64,000 bases of DNA from Salinibacterium sp. (GTDB taxonomy: Bacteria > Actinomycetota > Actinomycetes > Actinomycetales > Microbacteriaceae), in contig JADGNA010000017.1 of assembly GCA_015234465.1 (NCBI GenBank), positions 29,861 through 93,860 on the forward strand. Direction: 5' to 3'. The position numbers were made by a program, and so were the translations under genes. This document shows, piece by piece, positions 1 to 11,981 of this stretch (position 1 is the stretch's first letter; each line of letters begins with the position of its first letter). A model generated the notes under the pieces. That model did not search any database, had not been told where the DNA came from, and was given only the letters and a program-made list of their open reading frames with translations.

Positions 1-363
1 GACCTGCGGGAAATTTCCCTCAACAACGCCATCGCCGTCGAATCGGAGCGTGCCGCGACCGAACCCGCTCGGCAGGAGTCGTGGCGCTACGCCCTCCAGA
101 TCGTGACGGGCATCGCGGAGCACGGCGACGAGATCGACGAACTGATCGAGACCTACGCGCAGGGGTGGACGATCGACCGGATGCCCGTGCTCGACCGTGC
201 GCTCGTGCGCATCGGCATCTGGGAGATCATGTTCAACGACGAGGTTCCGGATGCTGTCGCGATCTCCGAGGCCGTCAAGCTGGCAGGCGAACTCAGCACC
301 GACGACTCGGCCGGCTTCGTGAACGGCCTCCTGGCGCGAATTGCGAGCGTCCACGGGGCCTGA
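1..363 (+). CDS. nusB: Transcription antitermination factor NusB (C-terminal part; the 5' end lies upstream of the window)
   Basis: Frame 1 is open from base 1. The translation ...GIWEIMFNDEVPDAVAISEAVKLAGELSTDDSAGFVNGLLARIA is the conserved NusB C-terminus. TGA at 361-363. Confidence 0.9.
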   Translation, partial: DLREISLNNAIAVESERAATEPARQESWRYALQIVTGIAEHGDEIDELIETYAQGWTIDRMPVLDRALVRIGIWEIMFNDEVPDAVAISEAVKLAGELSTDDSAGFVNGLLARIASVHGA

Positions 364-463
364 GGCATCGCCCGCGGGGGATGCTTGGCGCCGTCTGGGG
401 CTTGCGTTTCGTTTCGTTACGCGCCAACTTTGGCGAGTGTGACGGCGGCCGTAACCTCAACGG

Positions 464-1267
464 GTGTCCATAGCATCCCCTGCCCTCAGCACGGCCGCCG
501 CACTCGGCGTGAGCCTGTCGGGCGTCTCGCGCGTCTTCGACTCCAAGGTCGTGCTGCGGGACGTCGACCTCACGGTCGCGCCCGGCGAGATCATCGCCCT
601 CATCGGGGCATCGGGCTGTGGCAAGTCGACGCTGCTGCGCCAGATCTCAGGGCTCGACCTGCCGTCCTCCGGCGCGATCGCGATCAACGGCGAACGCGTT
701 ACGGGCATCGATCTCCGCTGTTCTGTCGGCTTCCAGGAGCCGAGACTGCTGCCGTGGCGCACGCTTGAGCAGAACGCCCTACTCGGGCTGCCCCGGGGCA
801 CCGCCAAGTCGGAGGGCCAGGAGCGCGTCCGTGAACTCCTTCGCCTGGTGGGGCTCGCGGATGCCAGCAGCCTCCGCCCGCGACAGGTCTCCGGCGGCAT
901 GGCACAGCGTGCGTCCCTGGCCCGCGCGCTCGCCCGCCGGCCAGGCGTCCTCGTGCTCGATGAGCCGTTCGGCGCCCTCGACGCGCTGACCCGCCTGCAG
1001 ATGCAGGACCTGCTCCTCGACGTGCACGCCGCCGAGCCGACCACGATCATCCTCGTGACCCACGACGTCGACGAAGCGCTCTATCTCGCGGACCGCGTCG
1101 TGCTGCTCGGCACCGATCCCGCAGCGCCGGGCAGCGGCGCGAGCATCCGAAGCATCACGGCCGTGCCTGGTTCGCGCCCCCGCGACCGCGGTGACGCGAC
1201 CCTCGCCCACCTGCGAGCCGAGCTCCTTGAGGGCCTCGGCGTGCACACGCACCACAGCAACCACTGA
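464..1267 (+). CDS. ABC transporter ATP-binding protein, NitT/TauT (nitrate/sulfonate/taurine) family
   Basis: Walker A GASGCGKST, signature VSGGMAQR and Walker B VLVLDEPF. GTG start. First gene of an ATPase-SBP-permease trio. Confidence 0.85.
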   Translation: MSIASPALSTAAALGVSLSGVSRVFDSKVVLRDVDLTVAPGEIIALIGASGCGKSTLLRQISGLDLPSSGAIAINGERVTGIDLRCSVGFQEPRLLPWRTLEQNALLGLPRGTAKSEGQERVRELLRLVGLADASSLRPRQVSGGMAQRASLARALARRPGVLVLDEPFGALDALTRLQMQDLLLDVHAAEPTTIILVTHDVDEALYLADRVVLLGTDPAAPGSGASIRSITAVPGSRPRDRGDATLAHLRAELLEGLGVHTHHSNH

Positions 1268-1314
1268 CCCCTTTCCCAACACAGCACCTCTTCTCGAGCT
1301 AGGACGACCACCAC

Positions 1315-2346
1315 ATGCGACGCAAATCCCTCGCCTCCGCCATTGCCCTCGTTGCCGCTGGCGCCCTGCTCATGACCGGCTGCGCTGCCGGCGAGGGCAG
1401 TGCCCTCCAGGACGACGCCGCGAGCGCGGGAGAGTGGAGCACCGACACGCTCAACATCGACTTCGCGACCTACAACCCGCTGAGCCTCGTCATCAAGGAG
1501 CAGGGTTGGCTCGAAGACGAGCTTGAGGGCGTTACGGTGAACTGGCTGCAGTCGGCCGGCTCCAACAAGGCCAACGAGGCACTCCGGGCCGGGGCCGTCG
1601 ACGTCGGCTCGACCGCCGGCTCCGCCGCGCTGCTCGCCCGCTCGAACGGCTCGCCCATCCAGGTCATCGACATCTACTCGCAGCCGGAGTGGGCGGCGAT
1701 CGTCGTGGCGGGCGACTCCGACATCGAGAGCGCCGAAGACCTCCGCGGCAAGCGCATCGCCGCGACCAAGGGCACGGACCCGTACTTCTTCCTGCTCCAG
1801 ACCCTCGAGGAGGCGGGCATCGGCCTCGACGAGGTCACGATCGAGAACCTGCAGCACGCCGACGGCGGCGCCGCCCTCACCTCGGGCGCGGTCGACGCGT
1901 GGTCCGGCCTCGACCCGATCATGGCGACGACAGAGATCCAGTCGGGCACGAAGCTGGTCTACCGCAACGTGGACTTCAATACCTACGGCTTCCTCAACGC
2001 CACCGAGGACTTCGTCGAGAACCACGCGGATGTCGCCCAGGTCGTCGTGGACGCCTATGAGAAGGCTCGCCAGTGGACGCAGGAGAACCCCGACGAGGCG
2101 GCACAGATCCTCGCGGATGTCGCAGGCATCGACATCGCGGTCGCTGACAGGGTGCTCAACGAGCGCACCATCCTTGAGGGGATCGGCGAACCCGGCAAGA
2201 AGCAGCGGGAGGTGCTCGAGATCGTCGGCCCGATCTTCGTCGAGTCCAAGGACGTCAAGACGCAGGAACAGATCGACGACGCGCTCGACTCACTCTTCAA
2301 CGACAGCTTCTTCGCCAAGGCCGACCCGGCCGCGATCGGAGACTGA
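1315..2346 (+). CDS. ABC transporter substrate-binding lipoprotein, SsuA/NMT1-like (aliphatic sulfonate family)
   Basis: Signal peptide with lipobox LMTGC. The mature part has the SsuA/TauA-like periplasmic-binding pattern (TKGTDPYFFL..., GAVDAWSGLDP). Confidence 0.8.
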   Translation: MRRKSLASAIALVAAGALLMTGCAAGEGSALQDDAASAGEWSTDTLNIDFATYNPLSLVIKEQGWLEDELEGVTVNWLQSAGSNKANEALRAGAVDVGSTAGSAALLARSNGSPIQVIDIYSQPEWAAIVVAGDSDIESAEDLRGKRIAATKGTDPYFFLLQTLEEAGIGLDEVTIENLQHADGGAALTSGAVDAWSGLDPIMATTEIQSGTKLVYRNVDFNTYGFLNATEDFVENHADVAQVVVDAYEKARQWTQENPDEAAQILADVAGIDIAVADRVLNERTILEGIGEPGKKQREVLEIVGPIFVESKDVKTQEQIDDALDSLFNDSFFAKADPAAIGD

Positions 2347-3248
2347 TGCCGAACCGCACAATCGCTGAAGCCCCTGCGCCCGAGACCGGCGCGGGGGCTC
2401 CCGCAAGCCTCCACCAGTACTCATCGACCTACGGCTATTCCGCTGCCGGGTCCGAAGCGACTCCTCCCGTAGAGGCGCCCGTCGGCAGCCGGCGGAGCAC
2501 TCGCGGCTGGTTGATCTCCGCCGGCGTGGTCCTGCCCGTCCTGCTCTTCGCCGCATGGTGGACCATCTCTGCCCTGGCACTCGTGCCAGAGCACCGCCTG
2601 CCATCCCCGGCATCCGTGCTCGAGGCCGCCGTCGAGCTCGGCTCGAACGGCACGCTGCTGACGCATATCGCGATCTCGACACAGCGGGTGCTGATCGGCT
2701 TCGCGGCAGGATCGCTCATCGGACTGGCACTCGGCGCCCTCGTTGGACTCTCGAAGTGGGGGAGCGCCTTCCTGTCCCCGACGGTCGGTGCCTTCAGAGC
2801 TGTCCCGTCACTCGCCTGGGTTCCCCTCCTCGTGCTCTACGTCGGCATCAATGAGGACTCCAAGGTCGCGCTCATCGCGATCGGTGCACTCTTCCCCGTC
2901 TACACGACGGTGGCGGGGGCGCTTCGCCACGTCGACGCCCACCTCGTCGAGCTCGGGCGCGCCTACGGCCTGAGTCGCTGGGAACTCCTCACACAGGTGC
3001 AGCTGCCGGCCGTCGTCCCGAGCATCGTCTCGGGGCTGCGTCTGGCGCTCGCGCAGGCGTGGCTCTTCCTCGTGGCGGCAGAACTCATCGCCTCGTCGAT
3101 GGGCCTCGGCTTCCTGCTTGTCGATTCGCAGAACAACGGCCGGGTCGATCGCATGTTCCTCACGATCATCCTCCTCGGCATCCTTGGCAAGACGACGGAT
3201 GCGCTGATCGGATTGCTCGAGAAGTACCTGCTCAAGCGCTGGTCCTGA
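2346..3248 (+). CDS. ABC transporter permease (BPD_transp_1, SsuC-like)
   Basis: Multiple TM helices and the EAA-like loop region (LGRAYGLSRWELLTQVQLPAVVPSI). Its ATG overlaps the SBP stop (TGATG). Confidence 0.85.
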   Translation: MPNRTIAEAPAPETGAGAPASLHQYSSTYGYSAAGSEATPPVEAPVGSRRSTRGWLISAGVVLPVLLFAAWWTISALALVPEHRLPSPASVLEAAVELGSNGTLLTHIAISTQRVLIGFAAGSLIGLALGALVGLSKWGSAFLSPTVGAFRAVPSLAWVPLLVLYVGINEDSKVALIAIGALFPVYTTVAGALRHVDAHLVELGRAYGLSRWELLTQVQLPAVVPSIVSGLRLALAQAWLFLVAAELIASSMGLGFLLVDSQNNGRVDRMFLTIILLGILGKTTDALIGLLEKYLLKRWS

Positions 3249-3272
3249 CGCAGGGGGGCGTCGGCCGGACTG

Positions 3273-3278
3273 TATGCT
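3273..3278 (+). promoter_or_regulatory. Candidate -10 hexamer TATGCT of the pyr operon promoter
   Basis: TAnnnT-type hexamer 60 nt upstream of the pyrR ATG, in the only non-coding gap before the operon. Confidence 0.4.
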
Positions 3279-3296
3279 GGTCGAAACACCACGACA

Positions 3297-3332
3297 TCCT
3301 TTAACCACCGTCCTGTGAGGCGGGAAAGGAGG
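3297..3332 (+). promoter_or_regulatory. PyrR-binding-loop-like hairpin that sequesters the pyrR Shine-Dalgarno
   Basis: TCCTTT (3297-3302) pairs perfectly with AAAGGA (3325-3330), which is part of the SD AAAGGAGG. The enclosed GUCCUGUGAGGCGG resembles the PyrR binding-loop consensus (..UCCAGAGAGGC..). Confidence 0.6.
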
Positions 3333-3337
3333 TCAGA

Positions 3338-3882
3338 ATGCCGGAGCGAGTCGTTCTCCAGCAGGCTGATATTGCGCGCGCACTCACGCGTATCTCGCAC
3401 GAGATCCTCGAATCCAATCGCGGAGCCGACGGCATCGTCCTCCTCGGAATCCCCACGCGCGGAGTGCTCCTCGGCCGCAGGATCGCCGCGACGATGTCCC
3501 AGATCGCCGCTGTGCCAGTGCCGCACGGCTCCCTCGACGTCACGATGTACCGCGACGACCTCTCGCGGGGCCGCATCCGCACACCGTCGCCGACCCAGAT
3601 CCCGCCCGGCGGCATCGACGGGGCCGTCGTCGTGCTTGTCGACGACGTCCTGTACTCGGGTCGCACGATCAGGGCGGCACTCGACGCGCTCGGAGACCTC
3701 GGACGTCCCCGCGCGGTGCGACTCGCCGCACTCGTCGACCGCGGGCACCGTGAGCTTCCCATCCGGCCGGACTTCGTCGGAAAGAACCTTCCCTCCTCGC
3801 AGCACGAGCGCATCAACGTGAGGCTGACGGAGGTCGACGGCGATGAGTACGTGAGCATCGTCTCTCCCGAAGGAGATCCCGC

Positions 3883-3886
<4 letters not shown>
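3338..3886 (+). CDS. pyrR: Bifunctional pyr operon regulator / uracil phosphoribosyltransferase PyrR
   Basis: PRPP-binding motif [13 protein letters not shown]. Conserved PyrR N-terminus (...[15 protein letters not shown]). Sits first in the pyr operon. Confidence 0.93.
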
Positions 3887-4832
<946 letters not shown>

Positions 4833-4836
<4 letters not shown>

Positions 4837-6161
4837 GCGAGTCGATTGTTGTGAAGGGCGCGCGGCTACTGGGCGGCGGGGCGACCGACCTGCTCGTGCG
4901 CGACGGAGTCATCGCGGAGATGGGCTCTGGCCTCAGCGAGGGCGGTGCGCGGGTCATCGACGCGGCCGGTCTCATCGCTCTGCCTGGCCTTGTCGACCTC
5001 CACACCCACCTTCGTGAGCCCGGGTTCGAGCAGAGCGAGACTGTCCTGACGGGGTCTCGCGCAGCGGCAGCGGGTGGCTTCACAGCCGTGCATGCGATGG
5101 CGAACACCTCGCCCGTCGCCGACACGGCAGGAGTTGTCGAGCAGGTCGCATCCCTCGGGGACGCCGCTGGCTACGTGACGGTTCGCCCCGTCGGCGCGGT
5201 CACGGTCGGACTGAATGGCGAGGCCCTCGCGGAGATCGGCGCCATGGCCCGCAGCCGCGCAGCGGTGCGCGTCTTCAGCGACGACGGCAAGTGCGTCTCC
5301 GACCCCCTGCTCATGCGCCGGGCCCTCGAGTACGTCAAGGCCTTCGACGGCGTCATCGCCCAGCACGCGCAGGAACCACGTCTCACCGAGGGTGCCCAGA
5401 TGAACGAGGGCATCGTCTCGAGCGAGTTGGGACTCGCGGGATGGCCCGCCGTCGCGGAAGAGGCCATCATCGCGCGGGACGTGCTGCTCGCCGAACACGT
5501 CGGCTCACGGGTCCACATCTGCCACCTCTCCACGGCCGGGTCCGTCGAGGTCGTGCGCTGGGCCAAGTCCCGGGGCATCGCGGTGACGGCCGAGGTGACT
5601 CCTCACCACCTCCTGCTCGATGAGGAGCTCGTGCGCAGCTACGACGCGCGATACAAGGTCAATCCGCCGCTTCGTCGCGCGGAGGACGTCCAGGCACTCC
5701 GCGCCGGGCTCGCCGATGGCACGATCGACATCGTCGCGACCGACCACGCCCCGCATCCGGCCGAGGACAAGGACTGCGAATGGTCGGGCGCCGCCTTCGG
5801 GATGGTGGGACTCGAGACCGCCCTGTCGGTCGTGCAGGCATCCGTCGTCGACTCGGGCCACCTGGACTGGGCGGATGTCGCGCGCGTGTTCTCGAGGATT
5901 CCCGCTGAGATCGGGCGACTCTCCGGCTACGAGCGCGGCATCGCGGTGGGCGCGGAGGCGAACTTCACCCTGTATGACGACACGGCATCGCGGGTCATCG
6001 AGAAGGGTGACCTTCGAGGCAAGAGCACGAACTCGCCGTATCTCTCCCTCACCCTTCCCGGGCGCGTCGTGACAACGGTCCATTCGGGCCGGGCCACTGT
6101 GCTCGACGGTGAGCTCGTTGACCCGGACGTGCTGCGTTCCGTTGGAGGCCCCCGTGGATAA
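4833..6161 (+). CDS. pyrC: Dihydroorotase
   Basis: Metal-binding [10 protein letters not shown] and amidohydrolase fold signature (ATDHAPH). ATGA overlap with pyrB. Confidence 0.93.
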
Positions 6162-6171
6162 GAACAGCCTG

Positions 6172-6690
6172 ATGGCGATCGTGGTCGCCCTCATGATCAT
6201 CCTGCCGGCGCTGATGGCGCTGGGATGGCGCAACCGCCGTCGTCGGCAGTCGTCGATTCCGGCGCCGCGTCGGCTTGATGGCGCCCTTGCGGACCCGGGC
6301 TTCACCTCTGACGTCTTCTACGTGGCCACGACGGTCGCGGGGGAGCCGCTCGAGCGCATCGCGGTGGGCGGGCTCGGCTTCCGTGCCCGCGCCTCGATCG
6401 CCGCGAACGGCCAGGGCGTCGCGTTGGCGATCCCGGGCCAGGCGCCCGTCTGGATTCCGGCAGGGGAGATCGTCGGCATCGACCGGGCGACCTGGACGAT
6501 CGACCGTGTGGTCGAGCCAGACGGCCTCGTCCTGCTCGCGTGGCGCCTCGTCGCCGACTCGGGGGAGTCCACTCCCGTCGACTCCTATCTGCGATTCGAC
6601 GCACCCACCTTCGCGGCGGGCTTCATCGCCGCCGTCACCGAACTCATCAGCCAGACATCACCGTCATCCGCCCAGGGAGGAACCGCCTAG
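6172..6690 (+). CDS. Conserved single-pass membrane protein of the actinobacterial pyr operon (function unknown)
   Basis: ATG 6172 lies just after the pyrC stop. N-terminal TM helix ([19 protein letters not shown]) followed by RNRRRRQ. Its stop TAG 6688-6690 overlaps the carA GTG 6690. A hypothetical gene occupies the same position between pyrC and carA in mycobacteria (recalled, not checked). Confidence 0.6.
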   Translation: MAIVVALMIILPALMALGWRNRRRRQSSIPAPRRLDGALADPGFTSDVFYVATTVAGEPLERIAVGGLGFRARASIAANGQGVALAIPGQAPVWIPAGEIVGIDRATWTIDRVVEPDGLVLLAWRLVADSGESTPVDSYLRFDAPTFAAGFIAAVTELISQTSPSSAQGGTA

Positions 6691-7835
6691 TGGCCATCGC
6701 AGAACCCGCCGTGCTCGTACTCGAGGACGGCAGCAGATACACGGGACGTGCATACGGCGCCCGCGGCACCACCCTGGGCGAGGCGGTCTTCGCGACCGGC
6801 ATGACCGGATACCAGGAGACGATCACCGATCCCTCCTACGCGGGCCAGATCGTCATCATGACGGCGCCCCACATCGGCAACACGGGGGTGAACAGCGAGG
6901 ACAACGAGTCGAAGCGCATCTGGGTCAACGGCTTCGTCGTGCGAGACCCCTCCCGAGTCGTCTCCAACTACCGTGCAGAGGGCGACCTCGCTGAGCGCCT
7001 CGAACGCGAGAGTGTCGTTGGCATCAGCGGCATCGACACCCGTGCCGTGACCCGTCGCATCCGCGATGCCGGCGCCATGCGGGCGGGCGTGTTCTCGGGC
7101 GCGGATGCGGAACTGTCGCCCGAGGACCAGCTCGCGGCGGTGCGAGCGGCCGAGGGGATGGTCGGACAGAACCTCTCCGGCAACGTCTCGACGACCGAGG
7201 CATACGTCATCCCGGCCGAGGGTGATCGACTCGGCACCGTCGCGGTGCTCGACCTCGGCGTCAAGGACTCGACCCTCAACTACATCTCGGCTCGCGGCTT
7301 CGACGTGCACGTCCTCCCGCAGACGGCGTCGATCGACGAGGTGCTCGCTCTCGAACCGGATGCTGTCTTCTACTCCAACGGGCCGGGCGACCCCGGTGCA
7401 TCCGACCAGCACGTCGAGCTGCTGCAGAATGTGCTCCGCGAAGGACTGCCCTTCTTCGGCATCTGCTTCGGCAACCAGCTGCTGGGGCGAGCCCTCGGCT
7501 ACGGCACCTACAAGCTCCCCTTCGGGCACCGCGGCATCAACCAGCCCGTCGTCGACAAGGGCACCGGGCGCGTCGAGATCACCTCGCACAACCATGGCTT
7601 CGCAGTGGATGCACCGACCGACGGCCCGAGCGATTCGCCCGCCGGTTTCGGCCGGGTCGAGGTGAGCCACGTCAACCTCAACGACAACGTCGTTGAGGGC
7701 CTCCGCGCGCTCGACATCCCCGCATTCTCGGTGCAGTACCACCCCGAGGCGGCGGCCGGCCCGCACGACGCCAACTACCTCTTCGACCGGTTCCGCGACA
7801 TGGTGCTCGAGCACAAGCAGAAGGAAAGCAAGTAA
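6690..7835 (+). CDS. carA: Carbamoyl-phosphate synthase small (glutaminase) subunit
   Basis: GTG 6690 is preceded by GGGAGG. Catalytic GICFGNQLL and HNHGF motifs. The upstream extension of the 6540 ORF overlaps the previous gene and was rejected. Confidence 0.93.
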   Translation: MAIAEPAVLVLEDGSRYTGRAYGARGTTLGEAVFATGMTGYQETITDPSYAGQIVIMTAPHIGNTGVNSEDNESKRIWVNGFVVRDPSRVVSNYRAEGDLAERLERESVVGISGIDTRAVTRRIRDAGAMRAGVFSGADAELSPEDQLAAVRAAEGMVGQNLSGNVSTTEAYVIPAEGDRLGTVAVLDLGVKDSTLNYISARGFDVHVLPQTASIDEVLALEPDAVFYSNGPGDPGASDQHVELLQNVLREGLPFFGICFGNQLLGRALGYGTYKLPFGHRGINQPVVDKGTGRVEITSHNHGFAVDAPTDGPSDSPAGFGRVEVSHVNLNDNVVEGLRALDIPAFSVQYHPEAAAGPHDANYLFDRFRDMVLEHKQKESK

Positions 7836-10800
7836 TGCCCAAGCGCGACGACATCAAGTCCGTCCTCGTCATCGGCTCCGGCCCCATCGTCATCGGCCAG
7901 GCGGCCGAGTTCGACTATTCGGGCACGCAGGCGTGCCGGGTGCTGCGCGAGGAGGGCGTGCGCGTCATCCTCGTCAACTCGAACCCGGCGACGATCATGA
8001 CCGACCCCGACTTCGCCGACGCGACCTACGTCGAGCCGATCACGTGGGAGGTCATCGAGACGATCATCCAGAAGGAGAAGCCAGACGCGATCCTTCCGAC
8101 GCTCGGCGGCCAGACCGCGCTCAACGCCGCGATCGACCTGCACGAGCACGGCATCCTCGAGAAGTACGACGTCGAACTGATCGGCGCCAACTTCGAGGCG
8201 ATCCAGAAGGGTGAGGACCGCCAGATCTTCAAGGAGCTCGTGCTGGAGTGCGGGGCGGATGTCGCTCGCTCGCACATCGCGCACACGCTCGACGAGGCGA
8301 TCGAGTTCGCGGAGGACCTCGGCTACCCGCTCGTCATCCGCCCCTCCTTCACGATGGGCGGCCTCGGCTCGGGATTCGCCTACACGCGCGAGGATCTCGT
8401 GCGCATGGTGAGCGACGGCCTGCACCAGAGCCCCACGACGGAGGTGCTGCTCGAGGAATCGATCCTCGGGTGGAAGGAGTACGAGCTTGAGCTCATGCGC
8501 GACACGTCCGACAACACGGTCGTCGTCTGCTCGATCGAGAACGTCGACCCCGTCGGCGTGCACACGGGCGACTCGATCACGGTCGCGCCCGCGCTGACGC
8601 TCACGGATGTCGAGTTCCAGAACCTGCGCAACATCGGCATTGAGATCATCCGCGCGGTGGGCGTCGACACGGGCGGCTGCAACATCCAGTTCGCGATCGA
8701 CCCCAAGACGGGGCGCGTCATCGTGATCGAGATGAACCCGCGTGTCTCCCGCTCGAGTGCCCTCGCCTCGAAGGCCACCGGATTCCCGATCGCGAAGATC
8801 GCCGCGAAGCTCGCGATCGGGTACCGCCTCGACGAGATCCCCAACGACATCACCCGCGTGACCCCGGCGAGTTTCGAGCCGACGCTCGACTACATCGTCG
8901 TCAAGGTCCCCCGCTTCGGCTTCGAGAAGTTCCCCGCGGCCGACACGACCCTCACGACCACCATGAAGTCTGTCGGCGAGGCGATGGCAATCGGCCGCAA
9001 CTACTCGACCGCCCTCCAGAAGGCGCTCCGTTCGCTCGAGAAGCGGGGCTCGTCCTTCCACTGGACCGGCGAGAGCCGCTCCAAGGAGGAGCTCCTGGAG
9101 GTCGCATCCGTGCCCACTGACGGCCGCATCGTGACCGTCCAGCAGGCACTGCTCGCGGGCGCGACCGTCGATGAGGTCTTCACAGCGACGGGAATCGACC
9201 CCTGGTTCATCGACCAGATCGTGCTCATCAACGAGGTGGCGGCGGATGTCGCGGCCGCCACCACGCTCGACGCAAACGTGCTCCGGCACGCCAAGGAGCA
9301 CGGCTTCAGCGACCAGCAGATCGCCGAACTGCGGGGCCTCACCGAGCAGCAGGTGCGGGATGCCCGCCACGACGCCGGCGTGCGCCCTGTCTTCAAGACC
9401 GTCGACACCTGCGCCGGCGAGTTCCCGGCACTCACGCCGTACCACTACTCGAGCTACGAGCAGGAGACCGAGGTGACGCCGAGCGACCGTCGCAAGGTCG
9501 TCATCCTTGGCTCCGGCCCGAACCGCATCGGCCAGGGGATCGAGTTCGACTACTCCTGCGTGCACGCATCGTTCGCGCTCTCGGACGCCGGTTTCGAGAC
9601 GATCATGATCAACTGCAACCCTGAGACCGTCTCAACGGACTACGACACGTCCGACCGCTTGTACTTCGAGCCGCTGACGCTCGAGGACGTGCTCGAGATC
9701 ATCGACGCGGAGCGCGCGAGCGGCGAGCTCGTCGGCGTCATCGTGCAGCTCGGCGGGCAGACCGCGCTCGGCCTCGCCAAGGGCCTCAAGGAGGCGGGCG
9801 TGCCGATCCTCGGTACCTCGCCTGAGGCGATCGACCTCGCGGAGGAGCGTGGACTCTTCCAGGGCATCCTCGATGAAGCCGGTCTCGTGGCGCCCCGCAA
9901 CGGCACCGCGGTGGACCCGGCTGGCGCCGTGAAGGTTGCCGAGGCGATCGGGTACCCCGTGCTCGTGCGGCCCTCCTTCGTCCTGGGTGGCCGCGGAATG
10001 GAGATCGTGTACGACACGCCCTCCCTCGAGGACTACTTCCGTCGCATGGAGGGCCAGGTCGTCATCGCGGAGGGCTACCCGCTCCTCGTCGACCGCTTCC
10101 TCGACGACGCCGTGGAGATCGACATCGACGCGCTCTACGACGGCGAGCAGCTCTATGTGGGCGGCGTCATGGAGCACATCGAGGAGGCGGGCATCCACTC
10201 GGGTGACTCGAGCTGCACGCTGCCTCCCGTGACCCTGGGACGTGACCAGATCGAGCGTGTGCGCCAGGCAACCCACGCCATCGCGGCCGGACTCGGCGTG
10301 CGCGGCCTGCTCAACGTGCAGTTCGCGATCGGCGCTGGCGTGCTCTACGTGCTCGAGGCGAACCCTCGCGCATCGCGCACCGTGCCCTTCGTGGCGAAGG
10401 CGACGGGCACCCAGATCGCCAAGGCAGCTGCCCGCATCATGGTCGGCACGAGCATCGCCGAACTGATCGAGGAGGGCATGCTGCCCGCGCTCGACGGATC
10501 GGTCATCCCCATGGACTCGCCGGTCGCGGTCAAGGAGGCGGTCCTCCCGTTCAAGCGCTTCCGCACGGCAGACGGGCGCATCGTCGACTCGATCCTCGGC
10601 CCGGAAATGCGTTCGACGGGTGAGGTCATGGGCTTCGACTCCAACTTCCCCCGGGCCTTCGCGAAGAGCCAGGTGGCGGCATCCGTGCGCCTTCCCCACA
10701 GCGGCACGGTCTTCGTCTCGGTTGCCGACCGCGACAAGCGGGCCATCGTGCTGCCCGTCGTGCGGCTCCAGCAGCTCGGGTTCACGATCCTTGCGACCCT

Positions 10801-11140
10801 CGGCACGGCAGAGATCCTCAGCCGCAACGGAATCCAGGCGGAGGTCGTGCGCAAGTACGACCAGGGCGAGGCCTCCGTCGAGGGTGAGCCTTCCATCGTG
10901 GAGCTGATCGACCAGCGCAAGGTCGACATCGTCATCAATACGCCGAGTGGACGGAGCGCGCGAGCCGACGGCTACGAGATCCGCGCGGCTGCCGTAGCGG
11001 CAGACCTGCCGCTGTACACGACGATCGCGCAGGTCGGCGCGGCCGTCGCATCGATCGAGTCGACGCGGGACGGCTTCACCGTCACGTCCCTGCAGGACTA
11101 TGCAGCGGCGCGAAGCGAACGGCTGGCACTTGTCGAGTAG
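7835..11140 (+). CDS. carB: Carbamoyl-phosphate synthase large subunit
   Basis: 1101 aa with a duplicated ATP-grasp architecture. TAATG overlap with carA. Confidence 0.97.
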   Translation: MPKRDDIKSVLVIGSGPIVIGQAAEFDYSGTQACRVLREEGVRVILVNSNPATIMTDPDFADATYVEPITWEVIETIIQKEKPDAILPTLGGQTALNAAIDLHEHGILEKYDVELIGANFEAIQKGEDRQIFKELVLECGADVARSHIAHTLDEAIEFAEDLGYPLVIRPSFTMGGLGSGFAYTREDLVRMVSDGLHQSPTTEVLLEESILGWKEYELELMRDTSDNTVVVCSIENVDPVGVHTGDSITVAPALTLTDVEFQNLRNIGIEIIRAVGVDTGGCNIQFAIDPKTGRVIVIEMNPRVSRSSALASKATGFPIAKIAAKLAIGYRLDEIPNDITRVTPASFEPTLDYIVVKVPRFGFEKFPAADTTLTTTMKSVGEAMAIGRNYSTALQKALRSLEKRGSSFHWTGESRSKEELLEVASVPTDGRIVTVQQALLAGATVDEVFTATGIDPWFIDQIVLINEVAADVAAATTLDANVLRHAKEHGFSDQQIAELRGLTEQQVRDARHDAGVRPVFKTVDTCAGEFPALTPYHYSSYEQETEVTPSDRRKVVILGSGPNRIGQGIEFDYSCVHASFALSDAGFETIMINCNPETVSTDYDTSDRLYFEPLTLEDVLEIIDAERASGELVGVIVQLGGQTALGLAKGLKEAGVPILGTSPEAIDLAEERGLFQGILDEAGLVAPRNGTAVDPAGAVKVAEAIGYPVLVRPSFVLGGRGMEIVYDTPSLEDYFRRMEGQVVIAEGYPLLVDRFLDDAVEIDIDALYDGEQLYVGGVMEHIEEAGIHSGDSSCTLPPVTLGRDQIERVRQATHAIAAGLGVRGLLNVQFAIGAGVLYVLEANPRASRTVPFVAKATGTQIAKAAARIMVGTSIAELIEEGMLPALDGSVIPMDSPVAVKEAVLPFKRFRTADGRIVDSILGPEMRSTGEVMGFDSNFPRAFAKSQVAASVRLPHSGTVFVSVADRDKRAIVLPVVRLQQLGFTILATLGTAEILSRNGIQAEVVRKYDQGEASVEGEPSIVELIDQRKVDIVINTPSGRSARADGYEIRAAAVAADLPLYTTIAQVGAAVASIESTRDGFTVTSLQDYAAARSERLALVE

Positions 11141-11972
11141 CTTCGGGGAACGGCTTCGCACCGCCGTCGATGAGTCCGGGCGACTGTGCGTGGGCATCGA
11201 CCCCCACCCATACCTTCTCAAGGATTGGGGCCTGCCCGACTCGGCCGAAGGAGCGCGGGAGTTCTCGCTCCGCGTGCTCGCGGCCACAGACGGTGCCGCT
11301 GCAGTGGTCAAGCCCCAGGTGGCATTCTTCGAGCGCCACGGTTCCGCCGGATACGCGGCGCTCGAGGAGGTGCTCGCCACGGCGCGCAGACTCGGCCTCC
11401 TGGTGATCGCGGACGCCAAGCGCGGCGATGTCGGCACGAGTGTCGAAGCCTACGGGCAAGCGTGGCTCACGCCGGGCTCACCGCTCGAAGCCGACGCACT
11501 CACGGTCAGTGCCTTTCAGGGCGTCGGCTCCCTGGCATCCGTCTTCGCTCTTGCCAACAGCGAGGGCAAGGGACTCTTTGTGTTGGCCGCGACCTCCAAC
11601 CCGGAGTCACGCGTCCTCCAGCAATCGATGACAGCCGAGGGCCGGTCCGTGGCAGCTACGATCGCCGATGACGTCGTGCGGTGGAACAGCGTGGCCACGC
11701 CTGACGCGCCGTGGGGCTCCGTCGGCCTCGTACTGGGTGCGACCGTCGCCCTTCGCGACTATGCCATCGACACCGCAGACCTTGAAGGCACGCCCGTGCT
11801 CGCTCCTGGGTTCGGTCATCAGGGGGCGCAGCTCAGCGAACTCCGGCCGATCTTCGGCGTAGCAGCGCCCTCCGTGCTGGTGAACGCCTCGCGCAGCATC
11901 CTCAGCGCGGGACCGGACGGAGTCGCCCGGGCGATCCGCGAACACGCGGAAGAGATCGCGGCGGCTCTCTAG
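11100..11972 (+). CDS. pyrF: Orotidine 5'-phosphate decarboxylase (type 2). Start uncertain (ATG 11100 or TTG 11130).
   Basis: SFGERL...[14 protein letters not shown] and IADAKRGD motifs. Homologues begin just before FGxRL, which favours TTG 11130. Confidence 0.9.
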   Translation: MQRREANGWHLSSSFGERLRTAVDESGRLCVGIDPHPYLLKDWGLPDSAEGAREFSLRVLAATDGAAAVVKPQVAFFERHGSAGYAALEEVLATARRLGLLVIADAKRGDVGTSVEAYGQAWLTPGSPLEADALTVSAFQGVGSLASVFALANSEGKGLFVLAATSNPESRVLQQSMTAEGRSVAATIADDVVRWNSVATPDAPWGSVGLVLGATVALRDYAIDTADLEGTPVLAPGFGHQGAQLSELRPIFGVAAPSVLVNASRSILSAGPDGVARAIREHAEEIAAAL

Positions 11973-11975
11973 GAT
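11970..11975 (+). promoter_or_regulatory. Candidate -10 hexamer TAGGAT (leaderless promoter of mIHF-gmk)
   Basis: TAGGAT, then 6 nt, then ATG 11982. Its first three bases are the pyrF stop codon. Confidence 0.45.
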
Positions 11976-11981
11976 GGCGTC

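Noticed and set aside
6540-6689. Longer N-terminal extensions offered by the ORF track for carA (6540), FKBP (20499), hisE (20900), trpB (26504), trpA (27811), trpE (23398), uvrA (50927), DUF885 (41867), DUF4126 (48119) and the pyr membrane ORF (6109)
   Set aside because: Each extension overlaps the preceding gene or adds non-conserved, Arg/Pro-rich residues. In every case a downstream start is supported by family N-termini, an SD, or a leaderless -10 spacing.
7775-11437. 596-aa and 601-aa antisense ORFs opposite carB (7775-9565 and 9632-11437)
   Set aside because: Same GC-composition artefact. carB on the + strand is fully supported, and the antisense translations have no motifs or plausible starts.
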